Source: Flavimaricola sp. (GTDB taxonomy: Bacteria; Pseudomonadota; Alphaproteobacteria; Rhodobacterales; Rhodobacteraceae). From it: DNA of 64,000 nt. Below the pieces are notes generated by a model. It did no database searches. It had not been told where the DNA came from and worked only from the letters and a program-made list of their open reading frames with translations. The position numbers were made by a program, and so were the translations under genes. How positions within the stretch are numbered: the first letter of the stretch is position 1; every line of letters begins with the position of its first letter. The stretch is taken from assembly GCA_029255105.1 (NCBI GenBank), contig JAQWWH010000065.1, forward strand, positions 3,670-67,669, written 5' to 3'. Positions 46,869 to 57,175 of this stretch are shown piece after piece.

Positions 46869-48032
46869 TCAGTTTTTTGCGGCGAGTACTGTCGTGCACT
46901 CTGTCAAAGCGTCATCGAGTGTAGGCAATCTTGAAAATTCATCAGCGGCCTGTTCGGCGGCCATCTTTCTCTCAGGGGCATTTAGAACGTCCAAGATTCT
47001 TGAGCCAAGCATTCCAATATCCTGATCCTCTACCGTTATGCTCAGACCTGCTGCTGCCAAGCATCGGGCGTTGTCGGGTTGATCGGCAAACATTGGCACC
47101 ACAATCATCGGCACACCCGCGGCCAACCCTCCCAGAACGGTTCCGGAGCCGCCATGGCAGACCATCAAATCCACGTAGTTGAGCACCCATGCCTGATCTA
47201 CAAAGTCCCTCACGACAACGTTTTCGGGTACGTTCTTTATCAGATCGGGCGGTGCGTCCTTTCCAGTAGTCATAAGAACTGTAATCGGCAGATTTGCGAC
47301 TGCTTTCAGGCTTGCATCATAGATATGTCTGGCACGACCCTCGCCCGCGGTCACCGTCCCAAAGGTCATGTAAACCAAAGGTACGTTGCGATCCAGAAGC
47401 CATTCGGGGCGACCTGCCACTGGTACTTTGGGCAGCGCGGAGGTTCTGAAACGGTACGGTTCCCGACTGTTTATCCTCATAGTATCGTCGAGAACTTTGG
47501 GATGGGCGCTGAGGGCCGGTTCGTCTCTAAGGTAACCTTCTCCGATTGCAGGCAATGACACACTGGTTCGCAGCGCGTCCATTTCCGTCGCATAATTTGA
47601 AGCGATAGACTCTTCGGACTCGCCATTCACGATCTCGAAGCGGACATGATGGATGCCCAGTTTCTTGGCTGCGATCAAGCCTGCGAACTCGGTCGACTCG
47701 CGGAATAGCAGGTCAGGACGCCATTTCTCTAATTCCGTCAACAATCCGGGAATCGCAGAACGTGCCGCCAAGCCCATGAAGAATTGAGACATAAAGAGCT
47801 TGCCCTCGTCTTCACGCCTGACTTTTTGGGCCCGCCGGTTCAGGTCTTCAAACTCCGGATCTGTCCACCCATTGAACTCTAGATGATCAAAGCCATGCTT
47901 CCTGATTTCGGCACCAAGTTCAGGAACAGCCGCCACGCGAACATCATGGCCCCGTTCCTTCATCTTCTGTGCGATTGGCATCAAAGGAAGAAAATGGCTG
48001 ACCAGGGCGTTGGTTGTTACCAGAATTCGCAA
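46869..48032 (-). CDS. GT1-family (UDP-glycosyltransferase / MGT-like) glycosyltransferase
   Basis: MRILVTTNALVSHFLPLMPIAQKMKERGHDV and the C-terminal donor-binding motif CHGGSGTVLGGLAAGVPMIVVPMFADQPDNA. TTG start. G+C is visibly lower than in upstream genes. Confidence 0.8.
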   Translation of the reverse strand: MRILVTTNALVSHFLPLMPIAQKMKERGHDVRVAAVPELGAEIRKHGFDHLEFNGWTDPEFEDLNRRAQKVRREDEGKLFMSQFFMGLAARSAIPGLLTELEKWRPDLLFRESTEFAGLIAAKKLGIHHVRFEIVNGESEESIASNYATEMDALRTSVSLPAIGEGYLRDEPALSAHPKVLDDTMRINSREPYRFRTSALPKVPVAGRPEWLLDRNVPLVYMTFGTVTAGEGRARHIYDASLKAVANLPITVLMTTGKDAPPDLIKNVPENVVVRDFVDQAWVLNYVDLMVCHGGSGTVLGGLAAGVPMIVVPMFADQPDNARCLAAAGLSITVEDQDIGMLGSRILDVLNAPERKMAAEQAADEFSRLPTLDDALTECTTVLAAKN

Positions 48033-48523
48033 AACAACTTGATTCCTATGACTTGACGCGACCTTTTCACAAAGTCTGTCGATGTTACCCGGATTTCAAT
48101 TGGTTGTCTCACACCGTTTTTGGTATTCATGCAATGCACAGCATCCGCTACTTTGGGCTCGAAGGCTGATTTCGCTGCAGTCACCGTGACGGCCTGCAAC
48201 AGGCCAATGGCATGACATCCCCTGACTGTGGCAATCGAAGTTGCAATTCCGCGACGCGCGTTTCACCTTGTGGCCGTTCACCTGTAGCGCGGCGCCTCAA
48301 TTCCAGCAAAGCAGACTTGAGCGCGCTCCTCCACCTCATCCCTTTCCGGTCTCAGGCCCGACCCGTCAGTCCTCGTACCCCTCACCCTTGCAGGACAACG
48401 GCAGAGCCGCAGGCACAGCTATCGGCGGGGTGAACGGAACCAATCCCGCTCCAGCCCCCAATACCCTTAGACCGATAGAAAGGCGTCCCCGCCAGCACGG
48501 TCAGACAAACCGGGATCAATGTC

Positions 48524-48775
48524 GTGCATCGGACAGACGCCGAAATGAAGCCCGGCCCGGTTGTCGGATATGCCCCGCTGCGGATGGGTGACAACGTGGA
48601 CGTTGCTGCGATCCTGACCGAAGAAGTCGCACCGGGCGAGATGTTGATGCTGATGGTGCACTCCGAAGCCGGCGGCATGATGACGGGCGGGTTCGAATAC
48701 ACACTCGGCTCGGTAGAGGATGGCCCGATCCGCATGGATGGGCAGCTCGTCATAACCGTGATCACCGCGCAATAG
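48524..48775 (+). CDS. small hypothetical protein (76-83 aa)
   Basis: Third codon positions are mostly G/C, as in the neighbouring genes. I recognise no family. The start is either the GTG at 48524 or the ATG at 48545. Confidence 0.4.
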   Translation: MHRTDAEMKPGPVVGYAPLRMGDNVDVAAILTEEVAPGEMLMLMVHSEAGGMMTGGFEYTLGSVEDGPIRMDGQLVITVITAQ

Positions 48776-49053
48776 TTTTGACGGAGGTCCAGGTAGGCCT
48801 ACCCCCAATCGCGGGTTACCAGTATCGGACCAACGTCAAACCATCGCCCGCACCTCGGCCCGGGGTTGCGGGCGATGTCGTTTTGGCGGTCCAGATGATG
48901 AAGCCAAAGTGCTAACTCGCACCCTGCCCCGCCTCTGGCCAAATGACTCTGATATCAAGATTGGATACTCTGCAGTTCATGTGCAAAGATGAATTGCGAC
49001 TCTGGTCGCAATTAACCGGATTATCGCGTTGGAATAGCTGCGAGCGTGTCATT

Positions 49054-50556
49054 ATGCGAGAGACGTTTTTGTCGTCCGATACTGCGAAGCAGCACGTTGC
49101 AGATGTTTGCCTCATTTTGGAGGGGTCTTACCCCTTCGTGCAAGGCGGGGTGAGCAGTTGGTGCCACACGCTTATGCGTTCACTACCAGAGACGACATTC
49201 CATATTGTTTCGATCCAACCCTCCGACGCTGATCTGAAATCAAAATACGAGACTTTGCCGAATATAACGGGGCACACGACGATCGTATTCAAAGGAGAGC
49301 GTCAGCTGCCAAAGGCCTTGTTTCAGGGCAAGCGACCGCTTGCGGAATTGCTGCGCAAATCCTTTTTTGAGGCGTCTTTGGAGGATTTCGGGGATTTCGT
49401 AGCGTTGATGTCGACATCCAGCCATCAACAGCCCGTCAGCGATCGTGAATACTGGGATCTCACGCGCGAAATGTACGACAGCCTCGCACCTGCGACGTCC
49501 TTTCAGCAATTCTTCTGGGTCTGGCATTCGCTTCTGAACAGCGTGGCAGAGGTACTCAGCTGCCCGGCACCACCTGCACGGGTCTATCACACCATCTCAA
49601 CCGGGTACGCGGGACTGTTCGGAGCAGCCGCCCGGCAGCGGACCGGACGGCCCCTGCTTTTGACCGAGCATGGCATCTACACGAATGAGCGAACGGTCGA
49701 ACTTATGGCGTCCAGTGCCCTGCATGACAGCTTTGGGAACGCCCCGTATCTGTCGGATCACCGGCGGGATGCGCGGGATGTCTGGGTCCGGGCATTCGAG
49801 TGCATGGGGATCCTGTGCTACGAAAGCAGCGACCGGATCATCAGCCTCTCCCAAAGTGGCCAAACCGCGCAGCGCGGCCTAGGCGCTCCTTTCGAAAAGA
49901 CGCAGGTGATTGCCAATGGTATAGACCTTGATCGGTTCACAAGCATATCCCTCAAACCACCGGGTGGCCGCCAGATCATCACCTTTATCGGCCGTGTGGT
50001 GCGGATCAAGGACGTTGAGACGTTCATCCGGGCCATGGATATTGTGTTTAAGTCTGATCCCAACGTCGCGGCCTGGATCGTGGGGCCGGATGACGAAGAG
50101 CCGGACTACGCCCGTCAATGTTACAAACTGGTGTCGTCGCTTGGGATCGGAGAGCGGCTCGAGTTTCTGGGTATGCGCGAGGTGGTGCAGATCCTGGGAC
50201 AGGTGGACATGGTCGTCCTGACAAGCCTGAGCGAGGGTCAACCTCTTACTCTTTTAGAGGCGGGAGCTGCCGGATTGCCCTGTGTGGCCAGCGATGTTGG
50301 CAGTTGCCGTGACATTCTTCTGGGTGGCGATGCACCCGCCTCGGGGGGCTACGTGACCGCGCTTATGTCGCCTCAGGACACCGCGACAGCGATCCTGAAA
50401 CTGCTTGCCGATCCAGCAGACGCGCGGGCCAAAGGCGCTGCACTCAGGGCCCGCGTGTGCGAGAGCTACAGCCTCGACCTGATGCGCGAAGCCTATGCCG
50501 GTTTGTATCACAAGTATGCGAACGCCCCAACGTGTTCGGACCGGGCAAAGGTGTAA
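49054..50556 (+). CDS. pelF: Pel polysaccharide glycosyltransferase PelF (DUF3492 + GT4)
   Basis: VADVCLILEGSYPFVQGGVSSWCHTLMRSLPETTFHIVSI closely resembles the PelF N-terminal domain. The C-terminal GT4 motif is SLSEGQPLTLLEAGAAGLPCVASDVG. I chose the ATG at 49054. Confidence 0.85.
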   Translation: MRETFLSSDTAKQHVADVCLILEGSYPFVQGGVSSWCHTLMRSLPETTFHIVSIQPSDADLKSKYETLPNITGHTTIVFKGERQLPKALFQGKRPLAELLRKSFFEASLEDFGDFVALMSTSSHQQPVSDREYWDLTREMYDSLAPATSFQQFFWVWHSLLNSVAEVLSCPAPPARVYHTISTGYAGLFGAAARQRTGRPLLLTEHGIYTNERTVELMASSALHDSFGNAPYLSDHRRDARDVWVRAFECMGILCYESSDRIISLSQSGQTAQRGLGAPFEKTQVIANGIDLDRFTSISLKPPGGRQIITFIGRVVRIKDVETFIRAMDIVFKSDPNVAAWIVGPDDEEPDYARQCYKLVSSLGIGERLEFLGMREVVQILGQVDMVVLTSLSEGQPLTLLEAGAAGLPCVASDVGSCRDILLGGDAPASGGYVTALMSPQDTATAILKLLADPADARAKGAALRARVCESYSLDLMREAYAGLYHKYANAPTCSDRAKV

Positions 50557-50557
50557 C

Positions 50558-51976
50558 GTGGCGGGTATCGGATTCAGACTAGAACGGTTGGCGATCGAAG
50601 GCGGGCTCGCCGGCGGCCTGACGGCTGTCTTTACCGGAGCCCTTTTGGCGTCAGGGCATTGGCTCTTGACCATCTTCGGAGTCGGGGTAAGCGGCGCGGT
50701 CTCGCGCGCAATCGGAAGTCCGGACGTGGCAGAGGACTTCCGGCTCATCACGATCTACGTTTTTGCGATCGCCTCGATTGCAAGCGCGGCAGTCCTGCTG
50801 CCTGCCACCCGGTATTTTGCCGATGCGCTTTACAGTCGGGAACCGCAGAAAGCGCCAGATCTTCTTTTCGCCAGCTTCGTGATAACAGCTGCGTTTGCAG
50901 CACTTCTGGCCGTAATCGTCTTCGGCGTGATCCTTCGCCAACCGCAAGAAACGGTCTTCGTCGGCACCTTATACGCTGCGCTTGTCGCCATGATTTGGAC
51001 GGTTTCGACCTTTTGCAGCGCCGTGTTCGCAGTCCGCGGCGTGCTCCTGAGCTACTTTGTTGGCACCCTTGCCGGAGTTCTTGGGACCATCGCCGTCAGC
51101 CTGTGGATGGGCGAGGCAACGACAATGGCGCTGGCCTATGCCGCTGGGCTCGCGATCAGCCTTGGCGCGCTGACCGCCATATTTCTCGCGGCCTTCCCCT
51201 TTCCTAGGACGTCGATCAAGAGGGCTGTCAGAAACTTGTTCAAAAGCATGTCTCAGTTCCGGTACCTTTCAGGCGGTGCCTTCATGGGCACACTTGCGAT
51301 CTGGTCGAGTACACTTGTCATCTGGCTATCAGAGTATGGCGAGACCAATCCTTCGGGGTTCCGGGCAGCAGAGCTATACGACACGCCACATTTTTTTGGT
51401 CTCTTGGCGCTCATCCCGGGCTTTGCGCTTATTATCGTCTTCTTTGAGACCTCGGTCTTTCGGTCGCTCAAGCGGCATCACATTCTGATCGAGGGCCATG
51501 CCGCGCTTCAGGAACTCGAGATGTCAGCGAAGGAGTTGCAGGCAACGACAATGAGGGGGGTCACGATCCTTACCGCGATGCAGGTCGTGATTGCGACTGC
51601 ATTCGTTTTCGGGGCTCCGTTCTTGGCGGCGACGAACCTCCTTCAATTGCGTCAGGTCTCGGTCATGCAGATCGCCGCCTTGGGATCGGTCATGCACCTG
51701 ATCATCATCTTGTCGTCAATGGTGCTTATTTTTCTGGATGCGAGACGTCTGTTCTGTTTCGTGCAGGCCGCGTTTCTGTTCGGGACTGTCGTCGCCTCAC
51801 TGCTCGCGCTGCCGCTGGGGGACCGTTATTTTGGTTTTGGCTACCTTGCCGGCGCGTCCGTAGGCGCTTTGGCAGGGCTGCTCGCCGCCCAGTCCGTTCT
51901 GGCGCGTCTCAATGCGCACATATTCATGAGCGCGACGAGGGGTGGTCACTCCCGCGCGGGAAGGTTGCGGAGCTGA
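50558..51976 (+). CDS. pelG: Pel polysaccharide export membrane protein PelG
   Basis: A GTG at 50558, 1 nt after the pelF TAA, gives (M)AGIGFRLERL. This resembles the PelG N-terminus (MAGIGFEL...) as I recall it. About 12 TM segments. Confidence 0.8.
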   Translation: MAGIGFRLERLAIEGGLAGGLTAVFTGALLASGHWLLTIFGVGVSGAVSRAIGSPDVAEDFRLITIYVFAIASIASAAVLLPATRYFADALYSREPQKAPDLLFASFVITAAFAALLAVIVFGVILRQPQETVFVGTLYAALVAMIWTVSTFCSAVFAVRGVLLSYFVGTLAGVLGTIAVSLWMGEATTMALAYAAGLAISLGALTAIFLAAFPFPRTSIKRAVRNLFKSMSQFRYLSGGAFMGTLAIWSSTLVIWLSEYGETNPSGFRAAELYDTPHFFGLLALIPGFALIIVFFETSVFRSLKRHHILIEGHAALQELEMSAKELQATTMRGVTILTAMQVVIATAFVFGAPFLAATNLLQLRQVSVMQIAALGSVMHLIIILSSMVLIFLDARRLFCFVQAAFLFGTVVASLLALPLGDRYFGFGYLAGASVGALAGLLAAQSVLARLNAHIFMSATRGGHSRAGRLRS

Positions 51977-52998
51977 TTAACCGCATTCGCCCCTGCGGGG
52001 ATCGGGAGCGTCGGCCGCGCCAGGTCGCGGGGACCAAAGGTTCCCAATAGGCGGTTCTCTTGCAGCCGGTCCACGACGTAGCGTCTTTGCCCGGGATCAT
52101 TGACGTATTCGATCACAAGCACCGGAAGGCCATCGTTTGTCGCCAGCCTGAGCTGCCCGAGTGACCAGTTGACAAGACCTGGATCGTTCGGTCGCCCCTC
52201 CCCCCCGACACCGAAGAAAAGATCCTCTTTCACGATGGCGTCGATCGTGGATCGATATCCAGCATTGTCGAGGAGATCCTCGGCATTGTTCGGGATGACG
52301 AGGAAGCCGGGCGTCCGCGCCCGCGTGTAATTCGCGATCCGGTCCACCAGTACGTACATGTCCCTTTTGGAACGTTCGACGCGGTTCGGCCAGACCATGT
52401 ATTTGTCGACGCCATCCATGAACACGCCGTCAAAACCGACAGCGAGTATGCGGTCTAGAATGGAGCCTGGCGTCCCGAAAAGGATGGCCTGCCATTCAGC
52501 TTCCCAATAGGCGGTGTAGTAGTGGTTCGCCCAATCGGGGTTCTCGGCCCCCAACCAGCGGGGCGGGCGGGAGTTCCACTCGCTCCGCCAATAATCACGG
52601 TAAGTCTCGGCCTCACCGATGTTGATGTAGGCCACCACTGCCCGCCGGGACCCGTCCGGTTGGACCCTGAGCCGTTCGATGTCCATCCGGTCGATCCCCG
52701 TCGGATCGATAATGACAAGTTCCGTGTCAGAACGGTCGATGGCAGCAAGATTTGTATTGGTCAATTGAACCGAGAATTGCCGGATCTCGAGGTTTGTCGC
52801 CCGCATCATGCTGACCTCAGGAGAGGTGGTTTCAAGCAATGGTTGCACGACCTGATGGCTCGCATCACCGGAAGCGCTGGTCGTGTTGACGCATCCTGCG
52901 GCAATGGTGACGGCAACCAACGGCAAGACACCAACAAAGTCCCCGGCCCGCTCCCAAAGTCGCTTGAATTGAGTACCGACATCTATGTTCCAAGGCAC
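51946..52998 (-). CDS. GH114 / TM1410-family glycoside hydrolase (PelA hydrolase-domain-like), exported, possibly a lipoprotein
   Basis: VVAYINIGEAETYRDYWRSEW...AVGFDGVFMDGVDKY are family motifs. The N-terminal hydrophobic segment ends in IAAGC. GTG start. Its 3' end overlaps pelG by 31 nt. Confidence 0.7.
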   Translation of the reverse strand: MPWNIDVGTQFKRLWERAGDFVGVLPLVAVTIAAGCVNTTSASGDASHQVVQPLLETTSPEVSMMRATNLEIRQFSVQLTNTNLAAIDRSDTELVIIDPTGIDRMDIERLRVQPDGSRRAVVAYINIGEAETYRDYWRSEWNSRPPRWLGAENPDWANHYYTAYWEAEWQAILFGTPGSILDRILAVGFDGVFMDGVDKYMVWPNRVERSKRDMYVLVDRIANYTRARTPGFLVIPNNAEDLLDNAGYRSTIDAIVKEDLFFGVGGEGRPNDPGLVNWSLGQLRLATNDGLPVLVIEYVNDPGQRRYVVDRLQENRLLGTFGPRDLARPTLPIPAGANAVNQLRNLPARE

Positions 52999-53280
52999 GG
53001 GCGTTGCTCCGATCGTTTCGGTGTGCGCGCTGCCCGGCCGAGGCTTGTCAGCACGTGTGAACTACATGTGGTAGAAACATAAGTGGTATAGGCCCTGGTG
53101 CCAACGTCCATCCTATCACTATACTATTAGCTCCCACTATCTTTCGGACCGGTCATTGGCCGAAAACCCGGGCGCATTGCGTTCCATGACAAATGTCTTG
53201 AGGAAAGCCTGCTCAAACAGGGTTTTGGGCAACTGTCTGGCGTATTGTCAAAGCCACCGACCTTCCCTCATTGTGGCGGC

Positions 53281-53937
53281 CTACTCCGTGCTGCTGATTT
53301 GATTAAGGAGTGCCTGAAATTGCTGTCGTGCAACCGGGTCGATGAGCTCGCCATTGTCGTCCAGTGTTCGGTAAACTCTCAGGCTCGCCTCGAGATCGCC
53401 GTTTGCTGCAAGAAGCGCCGCGTAGCGTTGCCCTGCGGCGAGGTCGAGGCTCTCTTCGTTCCAGAGCGCGGCGAGGAACCTGAGTTCTGTTTCCGTGTCG
53501 CGCCCTGCGCGAAGCCAGCCCGCGACATAGCGTTGTTCTTCCTCGGTCAGATTATGCGGAGGCAGAGCCAGAAAAAGCGCGATCGCCTGCTCGGGTCTGG
53601 CCATCGAAAGGTGGTGCCTTGCAAGATCATGGATCGCCGCCTGCGAGCCACCGCTGGTTTCCAATCGTTCTTGCAAAGTCGTTTCGGCGGCGTCGGTCAG
53701 GCCCATATGGGTCTGGATCAATGCCAGAACCCATGCTGACCGCTCGTCCAACGGCGCCTCGGCCCGTGCGGCCTCTGCTGCCACAAGGGCAGCCTCGGGG
53801 TTACCGTCTCTCAATAGAAACCAAGCGTGATCTGTGCGGCCCGGCACCAGCAGGATTGCTGCAAGCCCCAGCGTAGCCGCCAGGATCACAACGAAAAATC
53901 CGCCGCCCATACGCATCAAACTCTTTATTCCCGGCAT
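53281..53937 (-). CDS. membrane-anchored TPR-like helical-repeat protein
   Basis: 218 aa. One N-terminal TM (GGGFFVVILAATLGLAAILLV), then Ala/Leu-rich helical repeats. The upstream gene's 3' end overlaps this gene's 5' end by 13 nt. Confidence 0.55.
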   Translation of the reverse strand: MPGIKSLMRMGGGFFVVILAATLGLAAILLVPGRTDHAWFLLRDGNPEAALVAAEAARAEAPLDERSAWVLALIQTHMGLTDAAETTLQERLETSGGSQAAIHDLARHHLSMARPEQAIALFLALPPHNLTEEEQRYVAGWLRAGRDTETELRFLAALWNEESLDLAAGQRYAALLAANGDLEASLRVYRTLDDNGELIDPVARQQFQALLNQISSTE

Positions 53938-56192
53938 CGAATGGTGAGGGCGGTCGTCTGGTCGATGGCGGTCGGTAACCTGACATCCAGTTGACCGTTC
54001 TCGGTCATCACGTCCTCATCCACCATAATCCCACCATCCCTTCTGGCAACCACATTGACCTTGGGGGCGTCAATTCCGTCGATCCGAATAAGGCCGGCGC
54101 CAAAGCCCTTGGCCGTGATGTCGATATCGCATCCATCGACGGCAAAGCGCGTGACCTCCCAACTGGCTTCAATCAGGTTCGGGACCAGGCTATCTGGCTC
54201 TGAATTGGTCAGTTTCAGGCGTGGGGTCTCGTTGCCGGGATCCAGACTCACATAAAGCGCATCACCGATCATTCGCTGTCCGATCACGCCCGAACTCGAT
54301 GAGAAATCCACCCTGAGTGCGCCTGGCCGGTCTATCCGAAGAGTCTGGAGGCCTCCTCTATCGCCGATCGTCCATTCGTTCTCGCCGGTCCTTGTGATCT
54401 CGGCGGAATAGAACCCATTGGCGACATCGATATAGCGCGAGGGGAATACATGAATGAACTCGTCCGACGCGGCCACTCCATAAAGATGGACGATCGCTTC
54501 GAGGCTCGCATACCGCTCACCAGTAAAGCTATGGTAATAAATGTCGAACGGCTTCAGTCGCCTTGGGGCACCCGTGTGCTTCACCGTCTCTTCGACCAGG
54601 CGCATTGCGTGGTAGTTCTGGGTCCAGCCATCGGTGTAGGTGTTGTCGTTGGCGTTGCCCGAATAGATTTGCCAATAGGCGCCAACAGGTCGTCCGACGG
54701 GCGACACATAGGCCATTGAGGGAAATTGATTGTCGAAGCGACTATCGCCCCCGTTGATATTGCGGATCCCGGCCGCGACAGTGCCCGCCATCGCCTCTGG
54801 GAAAGGGCGTGTGTCTCCGGTCCAGTAATAGACCTGTGCGGTCTTTCCTTCGGGCGCGAGCGAATTGGCGCGCGCAATGGCCCCATCAATCTCTTCCGCG
54901 AGGGTAAACGGCCGCTGAAGGTAAGCGCGCGGAAGGAAGATGTCGTATGTCAACAGCGCTGCAAGGCTCGTGTTATCCTGCTCTCCCCCGAACCATTGAA
55001 ACAGATCGTCGATGGGAGCGCCTTCCAGCTCCTGTATCTGTTCATCGACGAGGTCGAGTTCGGCCTGACGGTCGTACTCCCGGAAATACCACCAGTAGAA
55101 CGGATGGGTGTATCCATGCACAGCGATTTCGACGTTCGGCAACGCAAAGGCCTCACGTGCCAAACGGGTTGCATCTTCACTCGCACCGAAAGCGGGATCA
55201 ACGTCGGCGCCAATGACCCCGACACCGACCGGAATCTCTGGATAGGCCCGCAAGAGGTGTTCGTTGACGATCTCGGCCGAGAGCGGCCGTTCATTCCACG
55301 GCAACGGGATCTCGGACACATTGTTCCAGCCGTCACCATCAATATGACTGAAAAAGATCCGGCGTCCCGAAAGCGTCGTTGTGTCGGGTACGGGCCGAAC
55401 CTCAAGGTCAAAGGCCCGTTCAAAAAAGGCGAATGGATCGACAAGCCATTGAACCCGGTTGAGTTCGGGTAGCAAACAAATAGCGTAGTTCGCGTGGGCA
55501 AAGCCCCCGGCGTCGCTGATCGTGACAAGGCTGCTTTCGCCTTTGTCGCCCTCCAGACCAGAACGAAGTGTCAAATAGCTCGTAACATCTTCTCTTGTCG
55601 GGACCAGAACCGGAAACGGCGGCAGCACTGCATCAGGCGAGCATTCGAAACCAACGACGTCCTCGTCAAAGTGAGAGACGGAGGCGTCGAATGTTACCAA
55701 CACGAAGTCGCGTTGCGCCAAACCATGAATTTCATAGAAATCGTTGGCGACAGCCTCGCCGCCGGACGCGGGCATGCCAGATAGGCCCATGGATGCGATG
55801 GGGATGCCCCGCTGCCATGCCTCGCGCATCCAGGCAAGGTAGGGTTCGGGCTGTGCCACAGGTTCCCGAAACCACGAGACGACATAGTCGGACCGGAAAT
55901 CCGACCAGTCGGGCATACCTTGCGCGACATCCCAGTAAGTGAGCCTCAAACCCATGTGATTGAGGGGAAGCTCGAGGAAGCGGTGGACGTAAGTTTCCGC
56001 CACGCTCTCCTCGTGCACACTATCGTACAGGGCGAGGACATCCCGACCCGCAGACTGCGCTAAAGCCGCTGGCGGCAAACAGATCGACGATAAGACGAGG
56101 ATCAGCCTCGCACACAATGTGGGCAGCCAGAGGACAGATCGCTGATTTTCGCGGACTGAATACGAGCGCATCGAAATAGGTTGGACCATCAT
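53925..56192 (-). CDS. exported multidomain protein with a polysaccharide deacetylase (CE4)-like core (PelA deacetylase-domain-like)
   Basis: Signal peptide LILVLSSICLPPAALAQ. FFSHIDGDGWN (Asp-Asp metal motif context) and IAVHGYTHPFYW (HxxH-type motif) are CE4-like. 755 aa. Confidence 0.6.
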   Translation of the reverse strand: MMVQPISMRSYSVRENQRSVLWLPTLCARLILVLSSICLPPAALAQSAGRDVLALYDSVHEESVAETYVHRFLELPLNHMGLRLTYWDVAQGMPDWSDFRSDYVVSWFREPVAQPEPYLAWMREAWQRGIPIASMGLSGMPASGGEAVANDFYEIHGLAQRDFVLVTFDASVSHFDEDVVGFECSPDAVLPPFPVLVPTREDVTSYLTLRSGLEGDKGESSLVTISDAGGFAHANYAICLLPELNRVQWLVDPFAFFERAFDLEVRPVPDTTTLSGRRIFFSHIDGDGWNNVSEIPLPWNERPLSAEIVNEHLLRAYPEIPVGVGVIGADVDPAFGASEDATRLAREAFALPNVEIAVHGYTHPFYWWYFREYDRQAELDLVDEQIQELEGAPIDDLFQWFGGEQDNTSLAALLTYDIFLPRAYLQRPFTLAEEIDGAIARANSLAPEGKTAQVYYWTGDTRPFPEAMAGTVAAGIRNINGGDSRFDNQFPSMAYVSPVGRPVGAYWQIYSGNANDNTYTDGWTQNYHAMRLVEETVKHTGAPRRLKPFDIYYHSFTGERYASLEAIVHLYGVAASDEFIHVFPSRYIDVANGFYSAEITRTGENEWTIGDRGGLQTLRIDRPGALRVDFSSSSGVIGQRMIGDALYVSLDPGNETPRLKLTNSEPDSLVPNLIEASWEVTRFAVDGCDIDITAKGFGAGLIRIDGIDAPKVNVVARRDGGIMVDEDVMTENGQLDVRLPTAIDQTTALTIRCRE

Positions 56193-56248
56193 TCTCTTGA
56201 TTCAAATAACGAATCGCCAAAAGCTAACACGCGTGGGGAGAATTGGTT

Positions 56249-57175
56249 ATGACAAAGTCGACATTCGGCCACCAACCAGCATTGCGCGCCGTTGCATATA
56301 GCATACTGACCCTGATTGTTCTTTACGGGGTGCCCTGGCTGCTTTGGGGCGAGATCGGCTACGAAGCTGCTACATTTCATCCTATGCTGATCGTTTGTGC
56401 GGTAGCTGCGGCGTATCACGGCGTTGTGTCCGGCCTGACCGTTCTCGCTTTGTTGATTGCTCCATATGCGGCATTTGACGTGCCTTCGCGGGGGGTCGAC
56501 GAGATGCTTCACCTCTATTCTCTGCAGGTTCTTTTCTGGCCTGCCCTCTCTGCAATTGCGGTCGCAATATTCGGAAGTGTCCGAGACCTGCGCGAAGGAG
56601 AACTCTCAGCTGCCCGGTCAACCATCGACCGGCTTCGTGGCGACCTCACAATGGTACAAAAGGCGGCTGACGCTGCACTCCTAGCGCTCAAGCGGAACGA
56701 GGCCGAGATTGCGATGCGCGGGGATATGACACCCTTGGTGGTGATCAAAGCCCTCAAGCGGCTAAGCAAATCCGAACCAACCAGCTTCGCCGGAGATCTT
56801 GAACGGGTCTTTTGGCTTATCGCGCCGTCTGCAGACTTTGTCCTTTTCTCCGGCGACGCTGAGCCGATTGCAGCCTCTTCCAACATTCGTTCAATCACGA
56901 TTGATCAAATGCGTCGCTCCATTTCGAGCGCGTCTGCCGAGGGCGTCGTCTTGAAACCGGCGGCAAAGCAAGGCTTTGACCCAGAGGCCATGACAATTGT
57001 GGCTTACCGGGCCAACTGCAAACCCGAGCTTGTGTTTTGCGTTGCTTGCCGAAACGACATGGAGGCCGACGAAATCATGGAGTATCTGCCGGAGGTCAGC
57101 GAGGCGATCGGCAAAACGGCCAGTTCGATAAAGCCCAAGCGACGTTCAAAACCATTCAAGCAAGCAGTGGCATGA
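56249..57175 (+). CDS. 4-TM membrane protein with coiled-coil and a cytoplasmic domain; possible short PelD analogue
   Basis: About 308 aa. Four N-terminal TM helices, a coiled-coil at ELSAARSTIDRLRGDLTMVQKAADAALLALKRNEAE, then an alpha/beta-looking region of about 150 aa. It is divergent from the deacetylase gene (56-bp spacer). The PelD link is based on topology and context only. Confidence 0.45.
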   Translation: MTKSTFGHQPALRAVAYSILTLIVLYGVPWLLWGEIGYEAATFHPMLIVCAVAAAYHGVVSGLTVLALLIAPYAAFDVPSRGVDEMLHLYSLQVLFWPALSAIAVAIFGSVRDLREGELSAARSTIDRLRGDLTMVQKAADAALLALKRNEAEIAMRGDMTPLVVIKALKRLSKSEPTSFAGDLERVFWLIAPSADFVLFSGDAEPIAASSNIRSITIDQMRRSISSASAEGVVLKPAAKQGFDPEAMTIVAYRANCKPELVFCVACRNDMEADEIMEYLPEVSEAIGKTASSIKPKRRSKPFKQAVA

